A DNA stretch of 64,000 bases, taken from positions 1,789,062-1,853,061 of the forward strand of contig MU057809.1 of the NCBI GenBank assembly GCA_013265495.1, in the 5' to 3' direction. The translations under genes and the position numbers were made by a program. The stretch is from Vicugna vicugna (Eukaryota). Position 1 is the first letter of the stretch. The number at the start of each line of letters is the position of its first letter. A model generated the notes under the pieces. That model was not told the DNA's origin and searched no databases. It saw only the letters and a program-made list of their open reading frames with translations. This document shows, one piece after another, positions 23,161 to 35,570 of the stretch.

Positions 23161-26124
23161 ACCAAAAACATTCAAGGAACAGCAGAAGTGAATAATGATA
23201 CTGAGTTAATGCTGGTTCTTACAGGCATGCTATTGGGATCACGGTTATTCCTAGTAAAACGTGGACAGTTGTCCCAGTGAAGTGCCTGTGGGGGGTGCTA
23301 TGAAGGGTTCGGCAAGAGGAGAGGCTGTGGGGTGAGAGGGAGAGAGATGGGGATAAAGAGAGTTTGCACAGGTGAATCCAGCAGAAAGCTGTGTGTGTGT
23401 TCACTGTGCTAGTCTTTCAACTTATCGGTAAATTTGAGATGTTTTTCCAAAAAAAAAAAAGGCCACTGACCTTCAAAGCCACTTGACCTTTACTTTCTGT
23501 TCAGTAAGCTATTTGGCCCTACCTGTGCGGGGCAAGGAAAGGTTTCCATCAACACCAGAACTCGGCTGGCCTCCTTGCGGACACTGCTCACGCCCCTCTC
23601 TAGCCTTGGGCGGCCCCGGCCGGGGCCCGGAAGCGTGTGGCGGTGAGTGCCCCAGCGCGCCGGGGTACGTGAGATGGAGTTCCCGCTGCCCGGGATCCCC
23701 TGGGACGCCCTTTGCAGGTGAGCCCAGGGGCCCCGCCTGTTCATGTCATCCGCCCCAAGCAGCTGTCCCCGTCCACCTGCTGTCCCTCCCCTTCTGGTGT
23801 AGGTTTTGGCCCAGAAGCCCATCTCATCAGTCGCTCCCCTGCCACTGGTCTCCGAGATGCCAGCCCCGCTGAGGTCTCCGTTGCCGCGGCGATCCACAGG
23901 CGCCGCCTTATTATTTAGGTCCTGGCGTTGGGACGTGTCACCTGGCTTGTTTATTTGCCTGCTCTCTGCCTGTATGATGTCTCATTCGACGGGTCACCTT
24001 CTGTCTATTCCATTTATTTTTTTAAAAAGAAGACTGCGAGGCTTTCCTCCGGGCCTCTACAAGAGAAGCCCCATCGATCTTCATCGCTTGCTGGCTTCCT
24101 CCCGTTTTACTTTAAGTTTGGAAGGTCTAGTGAAATAAATGGTGGACCTTTAAAAACCCCTGTGATGGAACCTGTATATTAGTTGAGCTGTGATAGCAGA
24201 AGAACCCTCGGTCTTGTAATTAATTGTCTCTCTGTGTGCTTCCTCTAAGCTCTGCGGTCCTGGAGGCCGGGGCTGGTGTCTTACTCCCTCACCCTAACTT
24301 TCAAATTGTGTCTGGGACATAGCGGGCAGTCCGCAAATGTCTGTCAGGTGAGAGAAACACCCCTGTTGCGGGCATCCTAACCCCTTGTTAATTGGACATC
24401 ACTCAGAAGGAGCAAGCCATTTCCCCTTAGCCATCAGAAAGCCAACAATTCAGAAAGACCTTGGCGATTCCAAGGACCCAGAAAGGGCGTGGCGTAGGGG
24501 AGGCAGTACAACAGTTATTCGTTGAACAAATACATTTCCACCTAAAACTTTGTTGCAGAAACTTCCTCAATTAAAAAAGAGTTTGCAAAGACTTGCCTGG
24601 GTCTCTTTGAGCATCTTCATTCTGAGAACTCCCTGGATCTACGGGGTTGGGGGGAACAGGGCATTTGTGGACGTGTCAGCGGGCAGGCGGTTTTCTAGCC
24701 AGGACTTCGAGGACGGTCACGCGAATGTCACTTCTGCTCTGGGCAAGTTGTGTCCTACTTATAAATAATCATGAACATCGAACACCAACCAAAGGGAGTG
24801 AAAGATTCTGGAGAGAAGCATCGTCATTTTTTGTAGGATTTCGAGCCTGGTGACATCTGTTGAGGGGTGCAGACGTGCAGGAGGGAACATGCGGAAATAT
24901 TTCAGATTTTCGAGGAGCCCTTGACAAGGTTCTGCACCAGAATCTATTTTTAAACCTTTAGTTAGCGTAGTAAGCAGTGGGCAGTGTGGGTTTTTTAAAA
25001 TGGGTGAGAAAGTGAGTGAGAGACAGGGAGCAACGAACAGTAATGAAGAGGCACCTCGGGCAGAACTGACAACTCCTGGGACCCCGGTGAGGATCCCTGG
25101 AAGTGGTCCCTGGTGATGTTTTTGCAGACGATCTGGAGGAAGACATGCCCGGTGGAGTCCGCTTGTGACTCAGCACGTCACCTCGGACCTTCCTGGATGG
25201 CAGAGTGTCAGGCCCTGGGAGACGAAGGGCGGGAGGTCTTCAGGGCTGAGTGCGCGGCAGGGAAGCGGGAATGAGCTTCGCTGGGGCCAGCCTGGTAACG
25301 CGTCCAGGGAACTGCAGTGAGGAGCTGCCGGCCAGGACCCGGGGGGGCCAGGCGGCACTGGGCGCTGCTTCCAGAACACATCAGGCGAGCTGCGAACAGA
25401 ACTCTGGATCTTCCCAGAAGGGCTTCAGGCCCAGAGGGCGTAGTGTGCTACCCCACTGCTTCCTGAGATTCCTCCTCTCCCGCCACGCCCTCCACGCCTG
25501 TGCTGGGGCTTCCTCTTGACTTTCCTTGTTCCCCTTTTGTAACTCTGCAGAGAGCTCCCCCATCTTGTGAGTTTTAGTACCCTGTTAGTCCCAACTGAGA
25601 TGCCTCAAGCCTCCTCTGACTGTGGTCCCAGCCATCCCTGCTCAGAGTTCATCTTGCCTCCTCTGTATTCCTACCACTCTCTGCTCAGACCCCATGAAAG
25701 CATGTTATGATGATCTGCATAAAGCTGGCCTTTGCACGGTGAGCTCCTCAAAAGCGAGACATGTTTTGTACAGCAGGTGCTCAATGACTATTTATGGGAT
25801 GTACAGATGGAGAGCAGACCTACTCTGCGTCACAAGACAGACACGTGCAGATGGGAAAGTTCCCAGGTCAGCCATGGTGACCCTTGGGAGGGAGGGGCTG
25901 CAGCAGGGAGGGAGGACTCTTCAGCCTGGAAAGCGGACACCAGGAACACGTCAAAATCCTTGAATCGTACAGAGATGGCGAACAGAGCTCTGCTCACCAA
26001 GTCACAGAATCCTGGAAAGAGGAGGCAAACCTGGACATTTAAGAAAAACTTCTGAATATTTTTTCACATAAAAGAAAGCTGCCTTATATCTTTCTTCCTA
26101 TGAAGCAGAAGCATTTAAAAAAAA

Positions 26125-26530
26125 TAAACTTAGTTTTGGTAAAATATGTATACAATTAAATACACGTCTTGTGATGGCATAGTTCAAGGAGTTTTGAAAA
26201 TGTGTGCAGCCTTGTAACTGACCTGCCCTCTGTCACTGGGATTGTTTTGCCTGTTCTAGAGCCTCATGTGCACATTTTGGGGTCTGGCTTTCCCCGAGCA
26301 GTGTGTTTTTGGGATTCTTCCCTGTTGTTGCTGGTATCAGGCACTGTGCCTTTTTCATTGCTGTATAGTATTTCACCATGGAATCAGTCTACAGTTTGTT
26401 TATCAATTTACATATTGAGGACACTGAGTTGCTTCCAGTTTCGGTCTGTTTTGCACAAAAGTGCCATAAAGATTTGCATACCAGTCTTTGTGCATAAGAC
26501 ACAGTGTTTGTAAGTAAAAGAGACAGGATC
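26125..26530 (-). mobile_element. Ancient L1 (L1ME-like) 3' fragment
   Basis: ttttcattgctgtatagtatttcacc..acagtttgtttatcaatt..ttgaggacactgagttgcttccagttt. Confidence 0.75.
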
Positions 26531-26689
26531 CCAGAGTTGGAAGGGAATGTGGATTGGAATCTTAACTCTCGGAATCCAACCTTCTGTCTGCTGTTTTCCC
26601 TCCTCTCTAACATCCCTGAAACCTGGCTGCTTGCTTCTCTCTTGCCACACTGACAGGGAACTCATTACCTATCAAGGTAGCTTATTGCA

Positions 26690-27060
26690 TGTGGGGAAAG
26701 CTCCAGTTGCTAGAAAGTTCTCCCTTAGCTGAATTTTGACCGACCACTGGATGGGGCTCCCCAACAGGTGCTGAAAAGAAGTCTAGTAACTTGTCCACAC
26801 AGTCAGATATTTAAAAACAGCCACTATATTCCCCTCAAGACCTCCCCATTTTGGTCTACATGTTCTTTGTTCTGCCGACCATTCCACTTGGGGTTTGTGG
26901 CCCCAGCTTGTGAGCACCCTCTTCAGCTGCAGCACTGGAACTGAACACATTGCTCCAGCTGTGGCCAGGCCGGCCCTGCGCTGGCCAGCTCGTCCTGCTC
27001 TCTGCACACCGTGTTGACCCCACAGTATCCCGGGACCACCAACGCGTGGCGCAGACCCCC
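26690..27060 (-). mobile_element. CR1/L3 LINE remnant (ORF2 C-terminus)
   Basis: Minus-strand translations LEQCVQFQ and GLEGNIVAVFKYL resemble CR1 ORF2 motifs LEYCVQFW and RLRGDLIAVYKYL. Confidence 0.75.
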
Positions 27061-27771
27061 TGCAGAGCTCACAGGCAGCCTGAGAGCAGCCAGGAGCCTT
27101 CTCTTATGTGTGTTGCTGTTAAACCACGTCCTCCCCATCCTTGCTTCCTACAGCGGGTAGCAGATTTATGGAAACAGTACACTTGAAAATACAAACAGCT
27201 TTGAAAATGATTCAGACAACCTCATGGTTGAGAGGCTCGTAATGGCTGCTCATGGCAAAGTGGGATGTTCCGTCACCCACTTCTTGCTCTTCCAGCTGAT
27301 GACAGGGTAAGTAACTGTCTTGGATAAGATGGTTTCTGAGGCCCCTTCCAGCTCTCAAATTTTGTGATTCTTGGTCCTTCCACCAAATGTTCTTTGGTGC
27401 CACTGCTGGTCCCAGAATGATGCCAACTGGTCCAGGAGGCTGACTCAGCTGTGATGGTTTTTGAGAGGAAAAGAAGGTAGAGGAAAGAGAAAGGATGCAG
27501 CTGTAGCAAGATGCAGCATGACTGAAAATTCCCAGCGTCTCCCAGTGTGAGTTGGACAAATGCTGTTCACACCTCATGTGGGAGGCAAGGGCCGCTAGTA
27601 CCACCTCCACATTAAAACATAACTTGGTTTAGTTTACTTGTTATTGAATATAAAGTGAAACGTATTCAGCCTAGAATTCTTAGAATTTTTAATGAAAAGG
27701 TCACCTATGACCAGCATTAACATTTTGCTGCATTTTCCCCAGTCCTTTTTTAATGTTTATCTGTCTTTAGA

Positions 27772-28052
27772 ACCATCCATCCACCCATCCACCCATCCAT
27801 CCACCATCCATCCATCCACTCACCCTTCCATCCATCCATCTGTCCTTCCATCCATCCATCTATTCACCCATCCACCCACCCATCCTTCCATCCATCCACT
27901 CACCCTTCCATCCATCCATCCATCCATCCATCCATCCATCCATCCACCCATCCATCCACCCACTTACCCTTCCATCCATCCATCCATCCATCCATCCATC
28001 CACCCTCCCATCCATCCATCCATCCTTCCATCCACTCACCATCCATCCATCC
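27772..28052. repeat. (CCAT)n / (CCAC) compound tetranucleotide microsatellite, inside an L1ME remnant
   Basis: ccatccatccacccatcc... over ~280 bp. Confidence 0.97.
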
Positions 28053-28684
28053 AGTGTATACCTATGTATTCCACATTTTTGTAAAAGAAAAATGGCATAA
28101 GTTTTCCCCACTTATCTGACCATTTCCCGTGTCATTGTTCTTTGAAAATACAGATTTAATAACTTCATATATTCCATGAAGTAGGTAAACCATAATGTGT
28201 AGTAATTCCTACTTTTAGACATTTTTAATGTCTGCTTTTAATTTTTTCCCTGTTACAAACAATGCCAAGCTAAGCATCCTTGTACATGAATCTTCACATT
28301 TTCAGTTATTTTAGAGATATATTTATTGGAGTGTAATTCGGAGCTGAAGAATATGAACTCTCTTAAGGCTTTTCATATATACGTATCATGAAATTACTTT
28401 CCGTAATCCCTATGTGACCCTGCAGCCACACAGCTCTTTCATTTAATAACTTCCCAGGATGATGGAGTTGATCAGCTCTCAGCTTCACTTCCTAACTGAA
28501 TGGAGCGCAGGAGAGTGAAAGGTGAAAACGCACAATAAATGTCCCGGTGGAGGCCGAGACGCTGAGGAGCACAGGTGCACGGCGCCGCCCACGAGGCAGG
28601 ACTGGCAGGTGTGCGCTGCTGTGCAGGGCATCCTCGGGGCTTGTGCTCACGCCCTGCTGTCTGGTCACTCGCTGCGCTGGTCTG

Positions 28685-29040
28685 CGAGGGCTGTCGTAGC
28701 GAAATGCCGGACTGGGCGGCTTAGACAACAGAAGTTAATTTTATGACAGTTTGAGGGGCCGGAAGTCCGGATAACGGGGCTGGCAGCTTCCTCCTGAGCC
28801 CGTCTCCTGGGCTTGCGGACGGCTGGCCACGTGCTGCCTCCTCACGCGTGGTGTCTCCGTGTGTGTCCAAATTTCCACTTCTTACAAGGACACCAGTCAG
28901 ATTGGATTAGAGCCCACTCTAATGACCTCATTTTAACTTAATTACCTCTTTAAAAGCCTTGCTTCCAAATATGGCCACATTGTAAGGTGCTGGATGTGAG
29001 GACTTCACATATGAATTTTGGGGGACACATAATACTCAGC
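28685..29040 (-). mobile_element. MLT1A/B/C-type MaLR LTR
   Basis: ctgggcggcttagacaacagaagttaatt..acaaggacaccagtcagattggattagagcccactctaatgacctcattttaacttaattacctct..tatgaattttgggggacaca. Confidence 0.9.
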
Positions 29041-29172
29041 CAGCAGCAGAAGGAACGGCTGACGTGGAAAGCTTCGTATTTCTGATCTGAATCACCGGTT
29101 TCTAAGGCAGGACTCCTGGCCCCTGCAAAGGACCCTTCCTCTGTGGCGTCCTGAGGGGTTATCTCTGACACG

Positions 29173-29660
29173 CTGTGCTTTCAAAGTGGCTACAACAGTG
29201 TCTCCTATCTTGCCTGCTCTCCTTCAGTGTGACTTTGCCCGCGCATCCCCTGCCCCCCCCACCATCAAGAGGTAGCGTCAGACTCCCCCTCCTCTTGAAT
29301 CTGGGCCGGACGTAGTGAATTTCAAGCAGTGGACTGCAGAGGACTTGAGGCTGCACGCCTTCCAAGCCTAGGCCGTGAGAGGCCATGCAGCTTCCAGACG
29401 CTCGCTCTCAGATGCTCCCCCTGGGAACCCAGCCACCGCGTTACGGGCAAGCCCAAGTCATTTGGAGAGGGCAGTCTGGTTAACAGCCCCAACCCAGCCC
29501 AGCCTGCAAGTAGCCCCAACTCAGGTGGCAGGCACAGAGTGAAGAGGTTCCAGTCCCCAGCCGTTTCCCTGCTGTGTCCTGGTTAAATCCCTGACCCTCG
29601 GAAGTCTGTGAGCCGAGTAAAGTGACTGCTTTACACCACATTCTGGGATGATGATCCTGA
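29173..29660 (+). mobile_element. MLT1 (F/G/H-like) MaLR LTR
   Basis: ccatcaagaggtag..cctcttgaatctgggc..gcagcttcc..gggaacccagccacc..gcaagcccaag..ccctgaccctcggaa. Confidence 0.75.
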
Positions 29661-30189
29661 AGTGAAACTGGGGTTGTGATACAGCTAAAGCCATTCTGCT
29701 GCTGAATGGTGGAACTGGGTTAAAATCCAGCTCTCACAGTTTTCAGCACAGAGCTTCTCCCACCATTTACTCTAACAAGTATTTATTGTCTACAGTGAAC
29801 CACAGCCCTGGGGGGAGAGACACCGTGACAGGTGAACACAGCTCCAGAGGGCCCAGTGAGGACCAGCGGGCGCGCAGTGCAGAAGGGCTGACTGCAGTCA
29901 GCACGAGGGGGGCCTGGTGGTGGGCAGAGCTCGCTCCAGATGGAATGACTGACACAGAGGAGCCGAGTGCCTCAGGCAGGCGACTGGACTTAACAGGTGT
30001 TAAGATCAGCTCCAGCCCTCCCTTTCGTCTCCGAGATTCCATCCCTTCCACGCCTGGTCCCCAAAGGGATTTGAGAGCTTTCTTTTGAAACATCCTCTTT
30101 TAAACAAGATGTGCCCTAAGATCCCCGCTGATGAGTTTCCGTGCTGCTGTCTGTACAGTATTTGTCCTGCCGGCCCCCAAGGCGGGGAA

Positions 30190-30350
30190 CAGCATCAGGT
30201 CACAGGTTCAAATCCTGGCTCTGCCTCTCAGTGGCTGGGTGCCCTGGGCGAAGGATTTAAGTTTACTGAGCCTCAGTGAAGTGCGAAGACACATTTCCTA
30301 TGACACGGGGATTGTTGTGAGGGTTAAATATAGTGCTTATGTGAAAACCA
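30190..30350 (+). mobile_element. MIR SINE
   Basis: ggttcaaatcctggctctgcctctca..ccctgggc..ctgagcctcagt..gttgtgagggttaaat. Confidence 0.8.
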
Positions 30351-30649
30351 GGTGGAGGGATGTCTGTCGAAACCCTTGCTGAAGTCTCTCCCTGTCTCCA
30401 AAGGAAACATCTCAAAACTTCTGCACTCTACTCTCAAGCCGGCCAATCCCCCTCCTCTCTCTCCCCCTTAAATAACCAGGTCCCCTGTTGAGGGTGATGA
30501 GAGAGAGGGAGAAGGAAATACCAGTTGCTTCTTCCTCAGCTTTCTCTGACCACCCGCCAGCTAAGCTGGGCTCCCTTCCCCTCTTCCTGAAGCCCTTTAC
30601 AGTGGACTGGATGTCCCACTCCCTGTTTGAGGCCAAAGCTTTACTTCCC

Positions 30650-31745
30650 AGGGCACCCCCAGGGGTCTTCGGGCCCCTGAGCTATTGATGACCCACCCTT
30701 CCTCCTGGGTCCCCCTTTCTGCAGAAAAGAAACTTCCCTCAAGCCCAAATCTTCATCTTCCGTCCCCTTTGCACTGAACTTCTTGAAAATGTCACCTCTG
30801 TCTCCCACTCACTCCTCTACCACCTGGGGCTGGCTCAGGCTTCCACCGAAATGGTTGTCACAGATCTGGGAGGACACCCTTGTCACCAAGCCCAGGGGTC
30901 ACTGTTCAGTCCTGAGCTTCTGGACACTGTTGTCTTTGCCCTTGGGGAGTCCCTGAGGCCACCTCTCTCCCCAGCACCCGGGACCACCATCCCCTCCTGC
31001 TTCTCCCCAGTCTCTGCTCCCTCCTGGTCAGTGTCACACCCGCCCCCCACCAGACCCGCATATCTAATGATCCTATCTGTGGGCAGATGTCCCACAGAAT
31101 CTCAGATCTGAGAGATTCAAAGTTGAAGCAGGCGTCTCTCCATCCTCCCCGCTCTGCTTCTGCCCCTTCACCTGTGTTTGCTCTCTTCAGGAACAAAATG
31201 GCCAGTTTTCTAGCTGCCCAAGCCGGAACACAGGGGTCACCCTTGACACCTCCCTTTCTCAAGTATGGATCCTCCTGTCTAAATAGCTCCTTAATCTCGC
31301 CCATCCCAACTGTCACTCCTATTTAAATTGCTGCAGTGGTCTCCTGGCTCCCAGTCTTGCCCAACTCCAGCCCACCCCACGTGGCCTGAATGATGTTTCT
31401 AAAAACATCTGGTTATGTAGCTGCCCTGTTAACCACCTTCAGTAGATGTGCCTTGCTCTCAAGCTGCAGTTCCCACCCTGGGCTTTTGCATGTGATGCTC
31501 CTGCCTGGAAGGCCCTCCTTCCTTCTTCTCACAGCTGTTGATTCAACTCCCACTTATCCTTCAGGTCCACACTGAGACTGGTCTTCCCCTGAAAGACTTT
31601 CCCTGATTCCCCAAGGCTGTGAGATCTTCTCTCAGATGTTCCTTTAAGTGCTTCCACTTGTCATACAATTATCGTAATTGGCTGTTTCTCTCTTGCCTAA
31701 CGCTGGGGCTGGCACAAATCAGGAGTTGAATAAATACTTGTTGAG
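30650..31745 (+). mobile_element. L2 remnant ending in the L2 3' tail
   Basis: Pyrimidine-rich L2-like body; ends ctggcacaaatcaggagttgaataaatacttgttga. Confidence 0.7.
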
Positions 31746-31770
31746 AAGTAAGAATGGAAAGATTACTTTC

Positions 31771-31962
31771 CAGTGGGTCTCCAACTTGCCCATGCATCAG
31801 AATCACCTGGAGGACCTATTAAACCGGCCCGCTGGGCTTACCCCCAAGATTCTGATTGGAGTTTCTGATTCTGTATAGTTAGGGGAGATGCTCCAGAATT
31901 TGCATTTCCAGCCAGGTGATGATAACGATGCTGGTCTGGGACCACACATTAAGAACTTCTGC
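31771..31962. mobile_element. MER5 (hAT-Charlie) MITE
   Basis: cagtgggtctccaactt..gcatcagaatcacctggag..gaatttgcatttc..caggtgatg..gctggtctgggaccacac..agaacttctg. Confidence 0.9.
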
Positions 31963-32843
31963 TTCATACCGTTTGAAGGTGTCTGAAAGGTGGAGGATAA
32001 CTGTCTTAGAGAAGGCTGGTAGAAGGTTTTGGAGGCTTGATACATTTCCGGTACCTCTCTTCTTTTGCAGCTTCCATAATAAGAACATTTCATAAGGGTT
32101 TAGTCTCTGAAAAGATTCTCAAGAAACTGGGTAGGCTCTAAGGTAACCAAAGCACACACCCCAGAGGGATCAAAGGCAACACCTGGTTGTTTGTTAATGG
32201 GTTGCTAGGCAACGGGACAAAGGCGAGGATGAGGGTAGGATATGCAGCTGGTGGGGATTTTAGAATGACACTGAGACATCCAGAGGGTAGACAACTATCA
32301 GAAGTCCACGGAAAGCAGATACAAGGCGTCCCCACAATCATCGCCGTGATGTGCACGTGGGCTGGCACGCCGTCCCGGCACGGAGAAGCTCGTGCTGTAA
32401 CGTGGCCTCTAATGGGATTGGGGAATATTTTTCTCAGAAGAACCACTGAGGACCCAGGAGGGACATTTCTTAATGAGAGTTAGGTAAGAAATGACTGGGG
32501 CTTATTACCATCTGCTTTTTAAAAATAAGCTTTATTTACTTATTTTATTATGAAATACATATTCACATTTAAACATTTTAAAAGTAGGGAAAATAATATA
32601 ATTCCATGTCCCCTGAAGGGAACTTATTAAAATTTGGCATCTATCCTCTCAGAAAAAAAAATAAAGTGAACATAAAAGGGATTATTCCACATGTACTTGC
32701 TCTGCAGCTTTATAAGAAAACACTTAACTGAATGTAGCAGACATTTCTGCATTTATGCTTCCCTGCTTTGTTCTTTTAACAGTCACATGGGGTTTTTTTT
32801 TGTGTGGATGTGCCATATTGTACTGAACCTTGCTGGATAGGCA

Positions 32844-33263
32844 TGTGGATGAAGAAAGTTGCCTGCCATATCAGGAAACAAAGGATGCTCTGGCCATCGA
32901 GTCATCAGCCACTGCAGTGGTGCCCCCTGAGGGGATTCGGGATGGAGGAAAACTGGATACTGGTCCTAGATGGTGAAGGTGTGTATCAGAGGAATGGACT
33001 CTTGTGTCTTCCCATACATAGAATAAGTGCTAAATTCATTAACTTGAGATGTCTGTTTTTTTTTTTTAAATTAACAATTATCTTTTGATCTTCTGGCTAC
33101 CTGTTTTTTGTTTTGTTTTGTTTTTGCAAGAACTCCTCTATATCCTGAGCAGTCCCTCAGCCCTATCTGAGAGGCTGTCTCCCAGGCTTAAGTCCTCAGT
33201 GCATCTGCTGAAGAAAACATAATTTTCAACTTTTAGGTTGTGCATTTTTTTCCCCAGTCAACG
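32844..33263 (+). mobile_element. Solo ERV1-type LTR
   Basis: Starts tgaagaaagttgcctgccatatcaggaaacaaaggatg; TATA-like ctatat at ~33138; ends ctatctgagaggctgtctcccaggcttaagtcctcag..aaaacataattttcaacttttaggttgtgcattttttt..agtcaac; interrupts an L1ME. Confidence 0.8.
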
Positions 33264-33264
33264 G

Positions 33265-33700
33265 TGTTTAGGTTGCTTTTCATTTTTTGCTATTGCTACC
33301 AATGCTGCATCGCACAACCTTCAACATACATTTGTGTATTTGTGAGGTGGAATGGCTAGATCAAAGACAATTTGTATTTAAAGTTTAGCGACAGATTGCA
33401 GGTTTCTCTACAGAAAGTCTGTGTAATTCATATTTCCACCCATAACGTGAGTACCTGTTTTCACATACTTTCATCAGCACTTGCTTTTATCTGCCCTTTA
33501 ACATTTTTATAAGCCCTATTGCTTTAATTTTTCATTTCTTGGATCAGTTTCTTTGGGCACTCTTCAATTACAGATTTTCCCCTTTGTATATCTCCCAGAC
33601 TTGCCTGTTCAGGTGCTTTGCCCATCTTTCTATAGGAATTGTTCACCTGTTTTTTTTCACACTGACTAATAAAAGGCAAATTCAGATAGTTTGTTGCTTG
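33265..33700 (-). mobile_element. Ancient L1 (L1ME-like) fragment
   Basis: tttaggttgcttttcattttttgctatt..gtggaatggctagatcaaag..cctgttcaggtgctttgcccatctttctatagg. Confidence 0.7.
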
Positions 33701-33984
33701 TTCCTCTTGACTCCCCCCCACCCCATGGTGCCAGAGGGTGTTTTTGGTTTTTAATTTGTATACAGTTGAGACTATTGATGTTGTAGGAAGATGCATATTT
33801 TCCCTATAAATAAAAGGTAAAATTATAATGCTGTCATTTTAAAAAGCTTCCCTTTTATCTTATGGATTGTTTAGGGCAAAAGAAGAGGGAAGAGAAAAGA
33901 CAGAAGGAAGCAGAGGAGGAATATAGGGAGGAAGACAGAGAAGAGAGAGCTGTATTCACCAGGTTTATTACACTCCTAAGGGAC

Positions 33985-34150
33985 ACGGTGTGATTCTAAA
34001 ACTTTAATTTACGTGTGAATCAACTGGAGATCTCGTTAAACTGGAGGTCCTGATGCAGCAGGTCCAGGAAGGGACTGAGATCTGCATTTCTCCCCAGCTC
34101 CCAGGGGAGGCTGATGGCCCTTGGAGCACTCCTGGAGGAGCAAGGGTTTT
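33985..34150. mobile_element. MER5 MITE remnant
   Basis: gaatcaactggagatctcgttaaa..tgagatctgcatttc..cagctcccaggggaggctgatg. Confidence 0.75.
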
Positions 34151-34296
34151 GTTTCTGACAAGTGGAAACCATGGGTGGCCTCAGTCAGTAGTCCTAATCC
34201 ACTTAAATTTATCATTTGTATCGAAAACCCTTTCTCTAAGTAAGTAGAGAAAACCCTAATTTCTTGATCTGGAAAACAGGAGATAGCCATAGGTCA

Positions 34297-34582
34297 TTTT
34301 CTTTCTTCCTTTCTTCCTTTCTTCCTTTCTTTCTTTCTTTTTTTCTTTCTTTTTTTCTCATTCTTTCTTCCTTCTTTCTCTTTCCTTTTCTTTCTTTCTT
34401 CCTTCCTTCCCTCCTTCCTTCCTTCCCTCCTTCCTTCCTTCTTCCTTCCTTCCTTCCTTCCTTCCTTCCTTCCTTCCTTCCTTCCTTCCTTCATTTCCTT
34501 CCTTCTTTACTTCCTTTCTTCTTCCTTCCTTCCTTCCTTCCTTCCTTCCTTCCTTTCTTTCTTTCTTTCTTTTCTTTCTTTC
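34297..34582. repeat. (CTTT)n/(CCTT)n polypyrimidine microsatellite
   Basis: ~285 bp of almost pure C/T on the + strand. Confidence 0.97.
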
Positions 34583-34801
34583 TAGAAAAATGACTGCTTT
34601 CATAGAGTAACATCCCTCCACCTCATGGCCCTTTAGAATACGTATGTGACTAAGGATTTTAAAACACATATAAAATATTCGCTTCTTAAGACCTTGTTGA
34701 GCTGGATAAAACTGAACTGAGAGATTAATTGGCCCTTTTGGGCAGAAATATTCCCACTCTGCTGGCTACCTCCCCTCCTCAGCATTATAAGAGTTTCTCT
34801 G

Positions 34802-34811
34802 TATTATTATT

Positions 34812-34855
<44 letters not shown>
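34802..34855. repeat. (TAT)4(GAT)14 microsatellite
   Basis: Read directly from the sequence. Confidence 0.97.
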
Positions 34856-34858
<3 letters not shown>

Positions 34859-34919
34859 AGAATAGCTACAGTCTAAACACATCCCCTGAGACAGTAATTT
34901 AATGGGTCATGTAAGAAGC

Positions 34920-35090
34920 AACACAGTCTGGTGGGAAAAAAAATCTTAGAATTGGACTCAGGAGAGCTAGATTCCTGCTCTGGCTTTGTCACGGCTACTT
35001 TGCGTGTATTAAACGTCCTTGGCTTGGTTCCTTCAACTGTAAAATGAGATGCCATTAGGGCCTCTCTTACCCAGGATGATACTGGAATAA
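34920..35090 (+). mobile_element. MIR remnant
   Basis: ttggactcaggagagctagattcctgctctggctttgtcac..ctgtaaaatgagat. Confidence 0.6.
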
Positions 35091-35419
35091 AAAATGTCCC
35101 GGAGGTGTCTCCAGACCGTTTGGGGTAGCAGTGATGTCTGCTTCTGCTGCAACCTACAGTCTGCAGGCTTGGCTTCCATGAAGCCTCCTTGGAACTGCAA
35201 AATACATCACAACAGTGAGGCTCCGGGCATTTTCTTTGAGTGCCGTGACGTTGAGAAGTTGCCTGTGCTGTTAGAGTGCATGGGCAGGGGTTGCCATCTG
35301 CAAGGTGAGTAAGAGGTGTACGTTTCCAGATGAAAAGAAAAGGATAAATGCGGACTGGACTCCACTGGTGGGCACAGGAAGGACAGTTTGCCTCATGACA
35401 CGTTGGTATGAGGAAAGGG

Positions 35420-35570
35420 AAACTAGCATTTATTGAGTGTGAATTATCTCACTCCTTCGCAATAACCCTGTGAGATGGGAATTATTCCTGACTTTTTACG
35501 GGAACATAGAGCCAGCAATTTGCTCAGATTTCATAACTAGAAAGAGTGGAGCTAAGACCTCAAAACCCAC
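35420..35570 (-). mobile_element. MIR remnant
   Basis: ctagcatttattgagtg..aaccctgtgagatgggaattatt..ttttac. Confidence 0.6.

Noticed and set aside
27692..28111. PSIH/MDGW-repeat ORFs
   Set aside because: Translation of the (CCAT)n microsatellite.
34264..34669. FLPS/EGRK-repeat ORFs
   Set aside because: Translation of the (CCTT/CTTT)n microsatellite.
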